Assembly: GCA_031414955.1 (NCBI GenBank)
Contig: JANOQV010000030.1
Location: 1 to 64,000, forward strand
Reading direction: 5' to 3'
Origin: Pedosphaera sp.
GTDB taxonomy: Bacteria; Verrucomicrobiota; Verrucomicrobiia; Limisphaerales; SIBH01
DNA length: 64,000 nucleotides
In this document: in pieces, positions 17,263 to 27,900 of the stretch
Layout: each line of letters opens with the position of its first letter
Position numbering within the stretch: the first letter of the stretch is position 1
Notes under the pieces: generated by a model
Database searches by the model: none
What the model was told of the DNA's origin: nothing
The model's input: the letters and a program-made list of their open reading frames with translations, nothing else
Translations under genes and position numbers: made by a program

Positions 17263-18681
17263 ATGTTGCGGATCTGCAAAACTCTTTTGACCGGGGCGGT
17301 GACGCTGGCGGCGACGCAGTTGGCCATGGGCTTCGTGCTGCTGGGGCCGGGCGGCGCGGAAGGCAATGCCGCCAAGGACTGGCAGTTGCCAGCCCAGAAT
17401 GACGGCTGGGAGATTGGTTACGGCTTGACCGGATCGATTGGCGCGCCCGTGTTTCCGTGGGAAGCCTACCGCTGCAATGTCCCGGTTCTCTACTACGCCT
17501 TCGACCAGGCCTTCATCGCTTACTTCGGCACGAACGGCATGAAGGCCGTGGACAATGCGATGCGCATTCTGAACGAACTGCCCTCGGTTAATACCATGTC
17601 CCGGAGCCTCTATGAGTTTCCGCTCTCGGCGCAGGGCGTTAATTATGAGGCGGCCGAGCTTGGGTTGGTGGATCTCAAATCGCAGGTGCTGCAAGCGATG
17701 CTTGAGCATTTGGGGGTGGAGGATTCGATCAACTGGGTTTACGGCATCCGCCAGCGGATCAATCTGCCCAACGATTATGGCGATTATACCGTCATCAAGT
17801 ACAACCTCGACCCCGTCACGCTCCTGACCTCCAGCTATGTGAACGGCACGCTTTGGACTTACAGCATCTTTGAAAACATCCCGACCCAGACTTCTGATGC
17901 GGTGGAAAATGTTCCGGCCGGACTCGAGAGTCAGCCCATTAACATCCCGGTGGGATCGCGTTCGTTCGCCCCGATTCCTGGCACGTTTTTCACCGGGTTG
18001 ACCCGGGACGATGCTGGTGCGCTGCGCTATTTGCTCCATCCTCGCAACATCGTTCCCGAGACGCTTCTGCCCGGCATTCTGCCTGGGGGAACCGAAGGGT
18101 GGCTGCCGTTCCTTGGGACCAACTTTGCCGCCACCAACTCGACCCTGACCAACTTTCCAACCGTGGGTCTGCGGGGCGGCATCGGCAAGGTCCGCTTCCA
18201 GAAAGTCTATTTCGATTCCATCATCGGAACCGGTTTTGTCACCTTCACCAACCGCTACAAGGATTACGTTATTGCCACCAATGCGGAGTGGACCAGCCAA
18301 TGGGTGCTGCGGCCGGTTCTTCAGCCGGACATCCTCTTCACGGCGGCGGATCTTGGGCCGGGACCTTACCTCAGCCGCACCACCTCGGCTGGCTGGATCA
18401 ATGACGATTTGATTGCCGGCAGTTCCACTTTGGGCGGACCTGGAGTGATCACCGGTCCGGTGACCATCACTTTTAACCAGTTGCTTCCCTTCTTGAACAA
18501 CATCACGCCGTCTTTCATCACCGAGCCGTTCCGCACCGACCCGCGCGCCCGCGGACTTTTAAGCCCGACTTGGGCGTCGTTTAACGGCACGACCAACGCG
18601 CCCATCATCTACCCGCGTTTGCAGAACATTTCCCTGAACTATATCCGCAGCCTGGCCAATGAAGCGCCGGTCAACCCATGA
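17263..18681 (+). CDS. Exported hypothetical protein with degenerate matrixin/metzincin-like motifs, about 472 aa
   Basis: Signal peptide MLRICKTLLTGAVTLAATQLAMG (alternative TTG start at 17248 overlaps the upstream stop). DLKSQVLQAMLEHLGVED and GLTRDDAGALRYL resemble matrixin motifs without the His ligands. Confidence 0.75.
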   Translation: MLRICKTLLTGAVTLAATQLAMGFVLLGPGGAEGNAAKDWQLPAQNDGWEIGYGLTGSIGAPVFPWEAYRCNVPVLYYAFDQAFIAYFGTNGMKAVDNAMRILNELPSVNTMSRSLYEFPLSAQGVNYEAAELGLVDLKSQVLQAMLEHLGVEDSINWVYGIRQRINLPNDYGDYTVIKYNLDPVTLLTSSYVNGTLWTYSIFENIPTQTSDAVENVPAGLESQPINIPVGSRSFAPIPGTFFTGLTRDDAGALRYLLHPRNIVPETLLPGILPGGTEGWLPFLGTNFAATNSTLTNFPTVGLRGGIGKVRFQKVYFDSIIGTGFVTFTNRYKDYVIATNAEWTSQWVLRPVLQPDILFTAADLGPGPYLSRTTSAGWINDDLIAGSSTLGGPGVITGPVTITFNQLLPFLNNITPSFITEPFRTDPRARGLLSPTWASFNGTTNAPIIYPRLQNISLNYIRSLANEAPVNP

Positions 18682-21600
18682 GCGCGACCCTCTCTCCCCT
18701 TGCCGTTATGAAGCGACTTAGCATCTTGTGGCTGGTGTTGTTCAGCGCCTTGGGAGTGTCGAAATCCTCGGGCGCGACCCCCGTGCCGCTCATCTTTGTG
18801 AACAACAATCCGGTCCAGCCGCCGGAACTGCCGCCGCAGATCGATGCCACGATTTTTTGGAATCGCGCCCTGTTCGTGGTTTCCAATGACTTCCTGTTTC
18901 CCGGCCTGTCCGTCCTGCCTTACTCGGGGAAGAGCGTGCGTTTTTGGACCAACAACAGCGTGATGCTCGGGTTGCCCGGCTTCGATTTCCAGTATGTGCC
19001 CAATCGGGTTCATCTTACTCAGGCGCAGCGACTGCGCCGGGGTGCGAATCTGCCGCAGCCTTCCCGGCTGTTCTTCAATGACGGCCAGATCACGGTGTCC
19101 GATTACCTGTCCATTCGCGCGGTGAACATTGTCAATCCCGGCGCGCTTATCGGCGATCTGCGTGCCCGGGTCAACCTCACCACCACGAACGGGCTGGCCG
19201 ACCTTTCACGCGGCGCGTTTCGTGTCGGAGAATTACCGCTCCCGGAATGTTCCACGGGGGGAGGATTTTTCTTCGATCCGCAGTTGCGCAACATTTACGC
19301 CAGCATCGGCACCAACGGTTCGGTGAACAGCAATCAGTTCTGGGCTCCCTTCACTTTGTCTTCTCTGGGTAACAGCTTCACGCCGATTGGTTCTGCCCCG
19401 CCACCCTTTCAGCGTATTCAGATCAACGCCATCTACCCCGGTGCCCCCGCGACCAACCGGAGCACGAACCTGATCTTTGGTCTCACGAACTGCGGTGATT
19501 ACGGTTCTTTCGTCCACGTTGTGACCAACTTGACTACGGTCGGCTTAATCCAAGTTACCAACTTGAACGTGAACATGGTCTTCGTTCCGACGAACGGATT
19601 CACCGAGGGCACGACCGTCGATGTGGGCTTCCCGTTCGGCGGCCTGGCGGCTCCCGTTGTGCAGTTTCGCACGCCGGATTTCGATGTCATCGGCCAGAAG
19701 TCGCTCACGAATTTTCTCAACTTCACGGACTCTGGCAATGGAGCCAGGATTTACCGGGGCCGCGACTGCTTCTTTGATACCTACCAGAAGTCCAACACGC
19801 CCTACGCGCCCGGGCTGTTCCACGATTTCCGGTTTGAGACCAACCGGCTTTACACCTACTCGGCGTCCCTGAATCAGATCGGCAACACCAACTCGTTTTA
19901 CCATACCAACCTGCTCTCCGCGCTGGTCTTCACGGAATTGGGCAAATCTCCGGCGGCGAGCGATCCGACCAATTACAACGGCCTGGTCCAGATCAAGGCA
20001 CTCCGTCTAAACCTGGCCCAGGCGCGCATCCGCGGAGAAAATGCCGTGGACATTTACACCAGCAACCTGGTGGACATGACCGACTCGGCCATCGACTCGC
20101 CCTTTATTAATTTCGATGTCAGCACGACTAACAATACCCTGGTGGTCTCCAACCTGTTCCGCCCGATCGTGAATCGTTTGCAAGCGACCTTGGAATCGTG
20201 GACGGCGGTGTGGACGTCCAGCGTCACCAACGGATTATCCACCAACGTGGTCAATGGCACGAATGTTGTGACGCCCATCCTTGCCACTTGGAATTATCGC
20301 GTGCTGGTGCTTGGAGCCTGCATCGCGACCGAGCAGCCGGCCATCATGCACAAATTTACGCTCCACGCGGACAACATGATCATCAGGGACAAGCTGGCGG
20401 TGAACAATGCGCTGCGTCTGGACGGGAAGACGCTGCACTTTGGGCCCGGTTCCGGCCTGTCGCTGCCTTTCAACACCAGCCTGGCTTTCACCAACCTGAT
20501 CGGCATCACCCGGCTGACCAACGAAGGAGTGCTCAACATTCCGCGGGCCGCGTTCTTCGGGTCGTTCGTGGATGGTTATGTGCAGCCTCCCAGGCGGAGG
20601 ACGGGTCGCGCGCCCCGGCCGCGCCTCGTCACTTACGAGAGCCTGGTCAACCGCAACACGATTTCCGCCGCCAGCTTTTCGACCCGCGCGAACTACGTGG
20701 AGATTGCCGGCCCTCAGTTCTTCCCCGCGCTGCTGGAGGCGAACAACGGTTTGATCGAGATCAACGGGGCCACGGTTGTGGTCAGCAACGCCGTGGTGCG
20801 GTCGCAGTCGGACATTCTAATTACCGCCGGCAATTTGCTCGCCACGAGTTCCACCTTGGTGGCCGGCACCAACGGCACGGTGGGCAATTACATTCCTGGT
20901 GCGCTGGTCATTGATGCCACGAACTCCATCACGGACGGTGGTCCCAACGCGGGCAACCGCTGGCTGGTCACGAGCGGGGCGCGGATTCTGCGTCGTCCGG
21001 CCAATGGTGGTGATCTGATGGGCACGCGCCTGGTTTCCAGGGCGAGCACCTTTGCCAAGTCCGTTATCAGTTGGGCCGGCTTGAACCTCGGCTCCAGTCC
21101 TTCCGGCTTCACCAATAATCTTGCGCTGGGCCGCCTGACCCTGGATGGCGCGGTGGGCACGAGCTTCCGTTTCAAGAGTGCCGGAACGGGTAACGCGATC
21201 TACATCGACTATCTGGAGATGATCAATTTCCCGACGAATTTCAGCCTCGCCAGCGTGCTGTCGGTGGATCCGGATTTCACCCTCTATTTTGCCGACTCGA
21301 ACATTCCAGCGGGCAACTTGACCAACAACTCAGGCGGACGCATCCGCTGGGTGAGCGACTTCGCCGGCCCGCAAAGCTCGACCAACATCACGTATCCGAA
21401 CGGCCTGACCTACACCTTCAACTCCGCTTTGGTGCGGAGCCGGGACTTGGATTCGGACGGAGACACCATTTTTAATGGCAATGATTGCACGCCGTTGGCC
21501 GTGCCCGGCTTTGACAGCACCCAGCCGTGCCCGCCCGCCCCGGATGTGGCCGGTGTTTCCGCGACGGCTTCGGCCGACCTTGGGTTGAGTATCTCGCTGG

Positions 21601-21809
21601 ATGGATCGGGCCAACAAGTCGTGCTGGACTGGACTGCGCCGGCTGCCTCCGCGAACACGGTCGAGTTCAGCGACTCGGTGACGACGGATGCGTGGCAGAC
21701 TTTGACGAATTTTATCAATGGTCCAGTGACAGCACGGGTGACGGTGAAGGATGCCGTAGGCGCTCCCCTGCGCGTTTACCGCGTCCGGGTGGACGCTGGC
21801 AAACCGTGA
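18678..21809 (+). CDS. Large exported beta-rich hypothetical protein with TSP3-like Ca-binding motif and conserved C-terminal domain, 1043 aa
   Basis: ATGA overlap with the upstream stop (alternative start 18708, MKRLSILW). Signal peptide; DLDSDGDTIFNGND motif; C-terminal VVLDW...W.TLTN...RVYRVRV. Confidence 0.85.
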   Translation: MSATLSPLAVMKRLSILWLVLFSALGVSKSSGATPVPLIFVNNNPVQPPELPPQIDATIFWNRALFVVSNDFLFPGLSVLPYSGKSVRFWTNNSVMLGLPGFDFQYVPNRVHLTQAQRLRRGANLPQPSRLFFNDGQITVSDYLSIRAVNIVNPGALIGDLRARVNLTTTNGLADLSRGAFRVGELPLPECSTGGGFFFDPQLRNIYASIGTNGSVNSNQFWAPFTLSSLGNSFTPIGSAPPPFQRIQINAIYPGAPATNRSTNLIFGLTNCGDYGSFVHVVTNLTTVGLIQVTNLNVNMVFVPTNGFTEGTTVDVGFPFGGLAAPVVQFRTPDFDVIGQKSLTNFLNFTDSGNGARIYRGRDCFFDTYQKSNTPYAPGLFHDFRFETNRLYTYSASLNQIGNTNSFYHTNLLSALVFTELGKSPAASDPTNYNGLVQIKALRLNLAQARIRGENAVDIYTSNLVDMTDSAIDSPFINFDVSTTNNTLVVSNLFRPIVNRLQATLESWTAVWTSSVTNGLSTNVVNGTNVVTPILATWNYRVLVLGACIATEQPAIMHKFTLHADNMIIRDKLAVNNALRLDGKTLHFGPGSGLSLPFNTSLAFTNLIGITRLTNEGVLNIPRAAFFGSFVDGYVQPPRRRTGRAPRPRLVTYESLVNRNTISAASFSTRANYVEIAGPQFFPALLEANNGLIEINGATVVVSNAVVRSQSDILITAGNLLATSSTLVAGTNGTVGNYIPGALVIDATNSITDGGPNAGNRWLVTSGARILRRPANGGDLMGTRLVSRASTFAKSVISWAGLNLGSSPSGFTNNLALGRLTLDGAVGTSFRFKSAGTGNAIYIDYLEMINFPTNFSLASVLSVDPDFTLYFADSNIPAGNLTNNSGGRIRWVSDFAGPQSSTNITYPNGLTYTFNSALVRSRDLDSDGDTIFNGNDCTPLAVPGFDSTQPCPPAPDVAGVSATASADLGLSISLDGSGQQVVLDWTAPAASANTVEFSDSVTTDAWQTLTNFINGPVTARVTVKDAVGAPLRVYRVRVDAGKP

Positions 21810-21943
21810 TGGGGCGAGTCTTGTGCCGGCTCGCCGTCTCATCCCGTGCGCTGGCTTCGGTAGAGAAAAAGTGTCGCAGCCTGCTGGGTGAACTCGGGTT
21901 CACGCCGGTGGGAGCGTCACCAAACAGTTAAGCGCGCAATCAC

Positions 21944-24900
21944 ATGAAGACGTTTCGTTGGCTCGCGGCAGGGGTGTTTCTAGCACTCCTCATCGCGCTG
22001 GTTTTCTGGCGAACCAGCGGGAGGGACGTGGTCGGGTCATTTTCTCCCATTCCGTCGGTTTCGCCGGCCTTGGTCTCCGTCGCGCCCGCGCTGGTCGCGC
22101 CCGCCGATGTTTCCGCTCCAGTGGCCTCGCCGGTTGCGCCCGCCACCGTGTCCGGCACGAATGCTCCTCTGGTTTCCTTCGAGAGTTGGGTGCGTGATTT
22201 CTTGGTCAGCGATGTCTCGGCCCGGCCCGCGCTGGCGGCGCAAGGCGCGCAACTCGTCTCCGCCCGGCAAGAGGAGATGGCCGCTCTCATTCGCACCAAT
22301 CCCGAGGAAGCCATCCGGCGGTCCTTGCCATATAGCGTGCGCAAACAACTGCCGCCGGAAATCGCCTCCCAAATCGAGCAACCGGTGAGCGGGCGTGGTT
22401 CCTTCCGTCCGCTCTATTACGTCCCGTTGCCCGGCCGGGAGAGCGAGGTGCCGCCGACCGGTTACGAAGTCACCATGAACGGCACGGATTACGAGACCCA
22501 CGCTTACGGGGATCGGCTTCATCATCCGGCCCGGGATGGTGCTTATCTGCACGGAGTGTCGGTGAAAGAGCGCGCAAAGACGAAACCGTTGCTCGCCTTG
22601 AGCGATGAGGCCCACCGGCTGATCACAGACCGGGGAGAGGCGCGGGATTTGGTGAGCACGGGGCAACTTCAGGCCGATGCTTTATGTGGTGTCACGAAAA
22701 AGCCTGCCTCGTCGGATCAGCCCGTGATTTCCCAATACGGCGAGCATTACTATGCCTTCTGCGAGCCGGCTCATGCGAAGCAACTGAATGCCACCTTGAA
22801 GCGGGCCAGTGCGGTGAGTTGGGCTTTGGGGGGCGCGGGCAAGGTTTCCGGTCCGAACGCCACCAATGTTCAATTCGAGGGCTTCAGCCGCACCCAAGGC
22901 CGCAAGAAGCTGCTCTACATCCGGGTGTTGTTCGCGGACGACATCAATCCACCGCAGACCGACGATCAGGCCCAGGCCACGGTGCTGGCGAACAATCGAT
23001 ACTTTCATGAAGGTTCCTACGGCACGGTCTGGTGGGAATCGACCGTCACGCCGCTGATCCGTCTGCCCCAGCGCAAGAATTATTACGGTGAGAATGAAGG
23101 CGCGCTGCTCGGAGATGCGCGCAACGGTGCCGCCGCTCTCGGTTATTTTCCCGGTGATTATTTTGGTCCCTCTTACGTGCTCTGCACCAGCATGCCCCAG
23201 TATCTCTATGGTGGTATTTCGAGCGGCGTCTTGAACGGTTCTCCCGGTGCGATCACGCATGAATTGGGCCATAACTTTAATCTGCCGCACGCGAATTTCT
23301 GGCAACCCGAAGGCTCCCTGCCGGGCCCGGTGCAACCGCAGAACCTGTCGCCTTGGCCCATCGACCCGGATGCGCTCAACGGCCACAACGACATCAACGC
23401 GCCCTACATCATTGGACTGGGTGGTGCCCAACCCTCGCAGGAGTACGGCAATCCTCGCGACGTGATGGGCAGCGGTCCCGGTCACTTCAGCGCCGTGGCC
23501 AAGCGATACATGGACTGGCTCCCGCAGGATTTCGTCAAGACCGTCACCGTCAGCACGACCAATCGCCTCTACGCCTTTGACACCCCGCGCATCGATCGCG
23601 GTCGGCTCTATGCCATGCAGATTCGCAAGGACGTGACCCGGGAATACTGGTTGAGCTACCGGCAGGGATTCGCGGCCAATCCATGGTTCTCCAATGGTCT
23701 CGAAGTGGAATGGAACCTCGGCGGTGAGAACGTGGACGAAACCTTCATCATGTTCGGCAACGAACTCATCGACACCACGCCGGACACGAGCTACGGGAAA
23801 GAGGATGCCGCGCTCATCGTGGGGCGCACTCTTTCCGACCCCGCTGCCAGTCTCCACATCACGCCCATCGCCCGCGGCGGCGGGCCGGTTTCCTCTGACA
23901 AATGGATCGATGTCGTGGTCATGAAGGGAAGCTTCCCCGGCAATCAGATTCCGACCATGACTCTGGAGGCCAGTGCGCTGACCGTGGCGCAGGGTGCGAT
24001 CGTGGATTTTACCGTGATCGCGCAGGACGCCGATGGTGATGCCCTGGCTTACAACTGGGACTTCGGCGACTGGACCTTCGGGACCAACGGGCCGGTGCAA
24101 AGCAAGACCTTCAACGCCAACGGCCAGTATGTGGTGCGTTGCGAGGTTTCCGACATGAAGGGTGGGCGGGCCAGCCGCCAACTCGTCCTCACCGTGGGTT
24201 CACCCACGACCTACACCATCAGCGGGCGCGTGCTCGACACCGAAGGCAATCCGGTCGAGGGCGTGCGCATCCATAACAACGGCGTGCGACCGGTCAATCC
24301 CCCCGCCGATCCTTATGCCCCTTACACGAACGCGCCGGTGGACGTCGGCACTTACCGCTACGGCTATACCGACACGGACGGCTTTTACGTGATCGGCAAT
24401 GTGCCCGACGGCACCTACGTGGTGCGAGCCTTCAAGTACGGTTACAGCACCATGCCCCTGGACTTCACCGACCCGGTGAATGTGAATGGCAACGCCTCCG
24501 GCCTCAACTTCACCGCCACCAAGCTGGCGCGGGTCAGCGTCGCCTGGACCGCCGACGCCACCGAGCCGGGGGACGAGTACGATCCGGCCGAGGACGGCGT
24601 GTTCACCATCACGCGCGAGGGCGGCGAATTTTCCCAGGACCTGCCGGTGGTGTTTACCATGAGCGGACGGGCGCTTTATGATTTCGACTACGGTCTGGCG
24701 GGCACGGACAACCTGGCCACCAATTGCGTGTACGAGACCAACGGCACGGTCATCACCACCAATTGCGTGGTCTTCACCACGCCGCGCGGGCAGTTAATCA
24801 TCCCCGCCTTCCAGTCCTCGATTGATGTGCATGTGATCCCCACCAACAATTTTCTTGGCGATGGGGCCAAGTCCGCGGTCATGACGCTCATCCTGCAAAC

Positions 24901-27900
24901 CAATTTCACCCGCGTGACCACGGTGCTGACCAACTTCCTCGTCACTAACCAGCCCGGCAACATTGTCGTCACCAATTCGCTCTTCGTGCAACGGACCAAC
25001 CAGTTCCGGGTGCCGGGCTGGGAATTGCGCCCCTTCGGCCCTTCCGGCACGCCGACCTGGTTCCAGACCGATCCGACCTACGTCCTCGACCAGGCCGAAG
25101 CGACCGTGAACATTCTGGATGACGACGAACCAGATCCCCCGACCGTGTCCGTCTTCACCCTGGATTTCGACGCGCACGAAGCGCGGGGGGACAGCGCCAT
25201 GATGGCGATCGTTCGGCAGGGCGCGCCGTTGGACCAAGATTTAGTGGTGCATTACGAGACGCCCGACGTGAGCGCGTTTTACAGTCCGGCGCTGAACGGA
25301 GAGGATGTGGCGCTGCTCTCGGGCACGATCACCATTCCGGCCGGACAGTCGTTTGCTCTCCTGCCCGTGGTGGCCATCAACGACCTGTTTGTCGAAGGCA
25401 ACGAGATTCTCTTCGTGAACATCCTCGAGAGTCCGGAATACTTCACCGGATTTGCGGACGGCATGATCGTGGTGGATGACGACCTGCCGCAGGTGAACAT
25501 CTTCACCTCGGTTTCGACCGTGGCGCGCAACGGTGGTTCGGCCCGGGTGACCCTCTCCCGCGTGGGCAGCGTGGATGAGGACTTGACCGTGAACTACCTC
25601 GTCACGGGCACGGCCGTCAGCGGCGTGGACTTCACCACGCTCTCCGGTTCCGTGGTCCTCCCGGCCGGCCAGTTGAGTGTGGACGTGAACATCAATCCGA
25701 TTCCCACCAGCACCAATCCGCTTCCCCGCACCGTGACCATCGTGATCTCCGATTCCACGACGTATAACATCTACCAGCAGAACTCGGCCACGGTGACGAT
25801 CATCGACCAGAACCTGCCCACCGTGACCCTCGCCCGATCAGGGGACACGATTTCTGAAAATGGTGGCACCTCCACCTTTACTGTCACGCGCACCGGAGCC
25901 ATCACCAACAACCTGAACGTCTTCTTCGACACCGGCGGGTCGGCCTGGGAAGGCTCGGATTACGCCAGCGTCGGCACGAACATCATCATCCCGGCCGGCT
26001 CGATCACGGCCGGCATCGTCATCACGGCCATCAACGACAGCGCCCGCGAGTTCGGCGACACCTGGGGGGACGACACCGTCATCGTACGACTGCGGGCTAA
26101 CACCAACTACACGCTCGGCGGTACCGTCAGCCAGACCATCCGTATCGTGGATGATGAAGGCGACACGGCCCTGCCCTCGGTGGGATTCATGCTCCAGCGT
26201 TCGAGCGTGTTCGAAAATGCCGGTCAGGCCCGGATTTTCGTGAAGGTCACGGCCAACCCGGCCACCAACCGGCCCATCGAAATCGAGTACCGGGTAACGG
26301 CCGGCAGCGCCACGCCCAACGTGAACTACGTGAATTCCTTCCCCGATCGCCGCGACCCCACTGGCCAGAGCGTTACTGGCATTCTCAACATCACGCACTA
26401 CTTTCCGCCCAACCCGCCGCCCCGGTTTTATGATCTGGAGAATGGCATTTACACCATCCCGGTGACGGTGCTCGACGACTTGGTCGCGTCCGGCGACAAG
26501 ACGGTGACCATCACGCTCTTCAACCCGACGGGCTACCAGACCAACCGCTCGCTCGTGACCAACGGTGGGATTATCTACACCAACTTCCTGATCACCCACC
26601 TTCCGACCAATGCGTTTCTCGGGCCGGCCAGTTCCCACACCCTGACCATCCAGGATTTGAAGACCAGCACTGTGACCCTCGCGGCCACGGCGGAGCGGAC
26701 CTATGAGGCCGGGCCGGTGCCGGGGCAGTTCATCTTCACGCGCGACGGTGCGACCAACGTGCCGTTGACGGTTTATTTTGCCCTGGAGGGCACGGCGGCC
26801 AGCGGCAGTGATTACGTGCCGGTCGGGACCAACATCACCATACCGGTCGGCACCAATTCCGTGGCGCTGACCCTGATGCCCATCGACGACCCCACCGAGG
26901 AAGTGGCCGAGACCATGATCATCCGGCTGCTGCCCAGGTCTGGTTATCATTCCGCCTTGGGAGCCGGGGCCGGGATGATCATTGTGTCCGATGACGGCAC
27001 GATTCAGTTTGGCGCGGCCGAATACAATTTCAGCGAGAACGCCGGCTTTGCGGTCGTGCCCGTGGTTCGCACGGGCGGCACCAATCTGGCCGGGACGGTC
27101 GATTACCTGATCACGGGCGGCACCGCCACCAACGGGGTGGATTACCTCGGCACGAACGGGACCCTCAGTTTCCTTCCCGGCGAAGACGTCAAATCCATCA
27201 TCCTCCCGCTCGTGAACGAAAGTCTGGTGGAGCCGGATGAAACCATTCTCCTCGTGTTGACCAATGCCACGGGCGGCGTGCCCCTGGGTGGCCAGCGCAC
27301 GACCACGGTCAACATCGTGAACGACGACACGGCCTTTGACTTTGCCGTGGCGGCGTTCCGGGCCAATGAGAATGCCGGACTGGGCACGGTCATCGTTACT
27401 CGCACCGGCGTGCTGACCAACACCGACACGGTGTGGGTCACGATCACGAACCTCATCCCGCCCACGGTCGGCATCGCCGGCCCACTGGACTTTGTCCCGG
27501 CCGCGCACTTGCTCACCTTCAATCCGGGCGAGACGAACCGGCCTGTGTCCTTGACCTTGCTTGATGATGAATTGTTTGAAGGGGACGAAAACATCAGTCT
27601 GCGGTTGAGCCAGCCCAGCGGCAGCCTCCAGTTGGGCGCATTGAGCAACGCGGTGCTGGTGATCGTGGACGATGAGTGCCGTCTCGACTTCGAGGTGACC
27701 GGCTACTCGGTGAAAGAGTACTCGAATTTCGTCACTCTGGTCGTGCGTCGCGTGGGCGGCACGGTCAACCCGGTCACGGCGCTTTACACCACGGGCGACG
27801 GCACGGCGACCAACGGCTTTGATTTTGCCGGCGTGACCAACACGGTTTCCTTCCTCGGCGATCAGTTGGTCGCGGACACGAACGGCTCGGGTCAGGTCAC

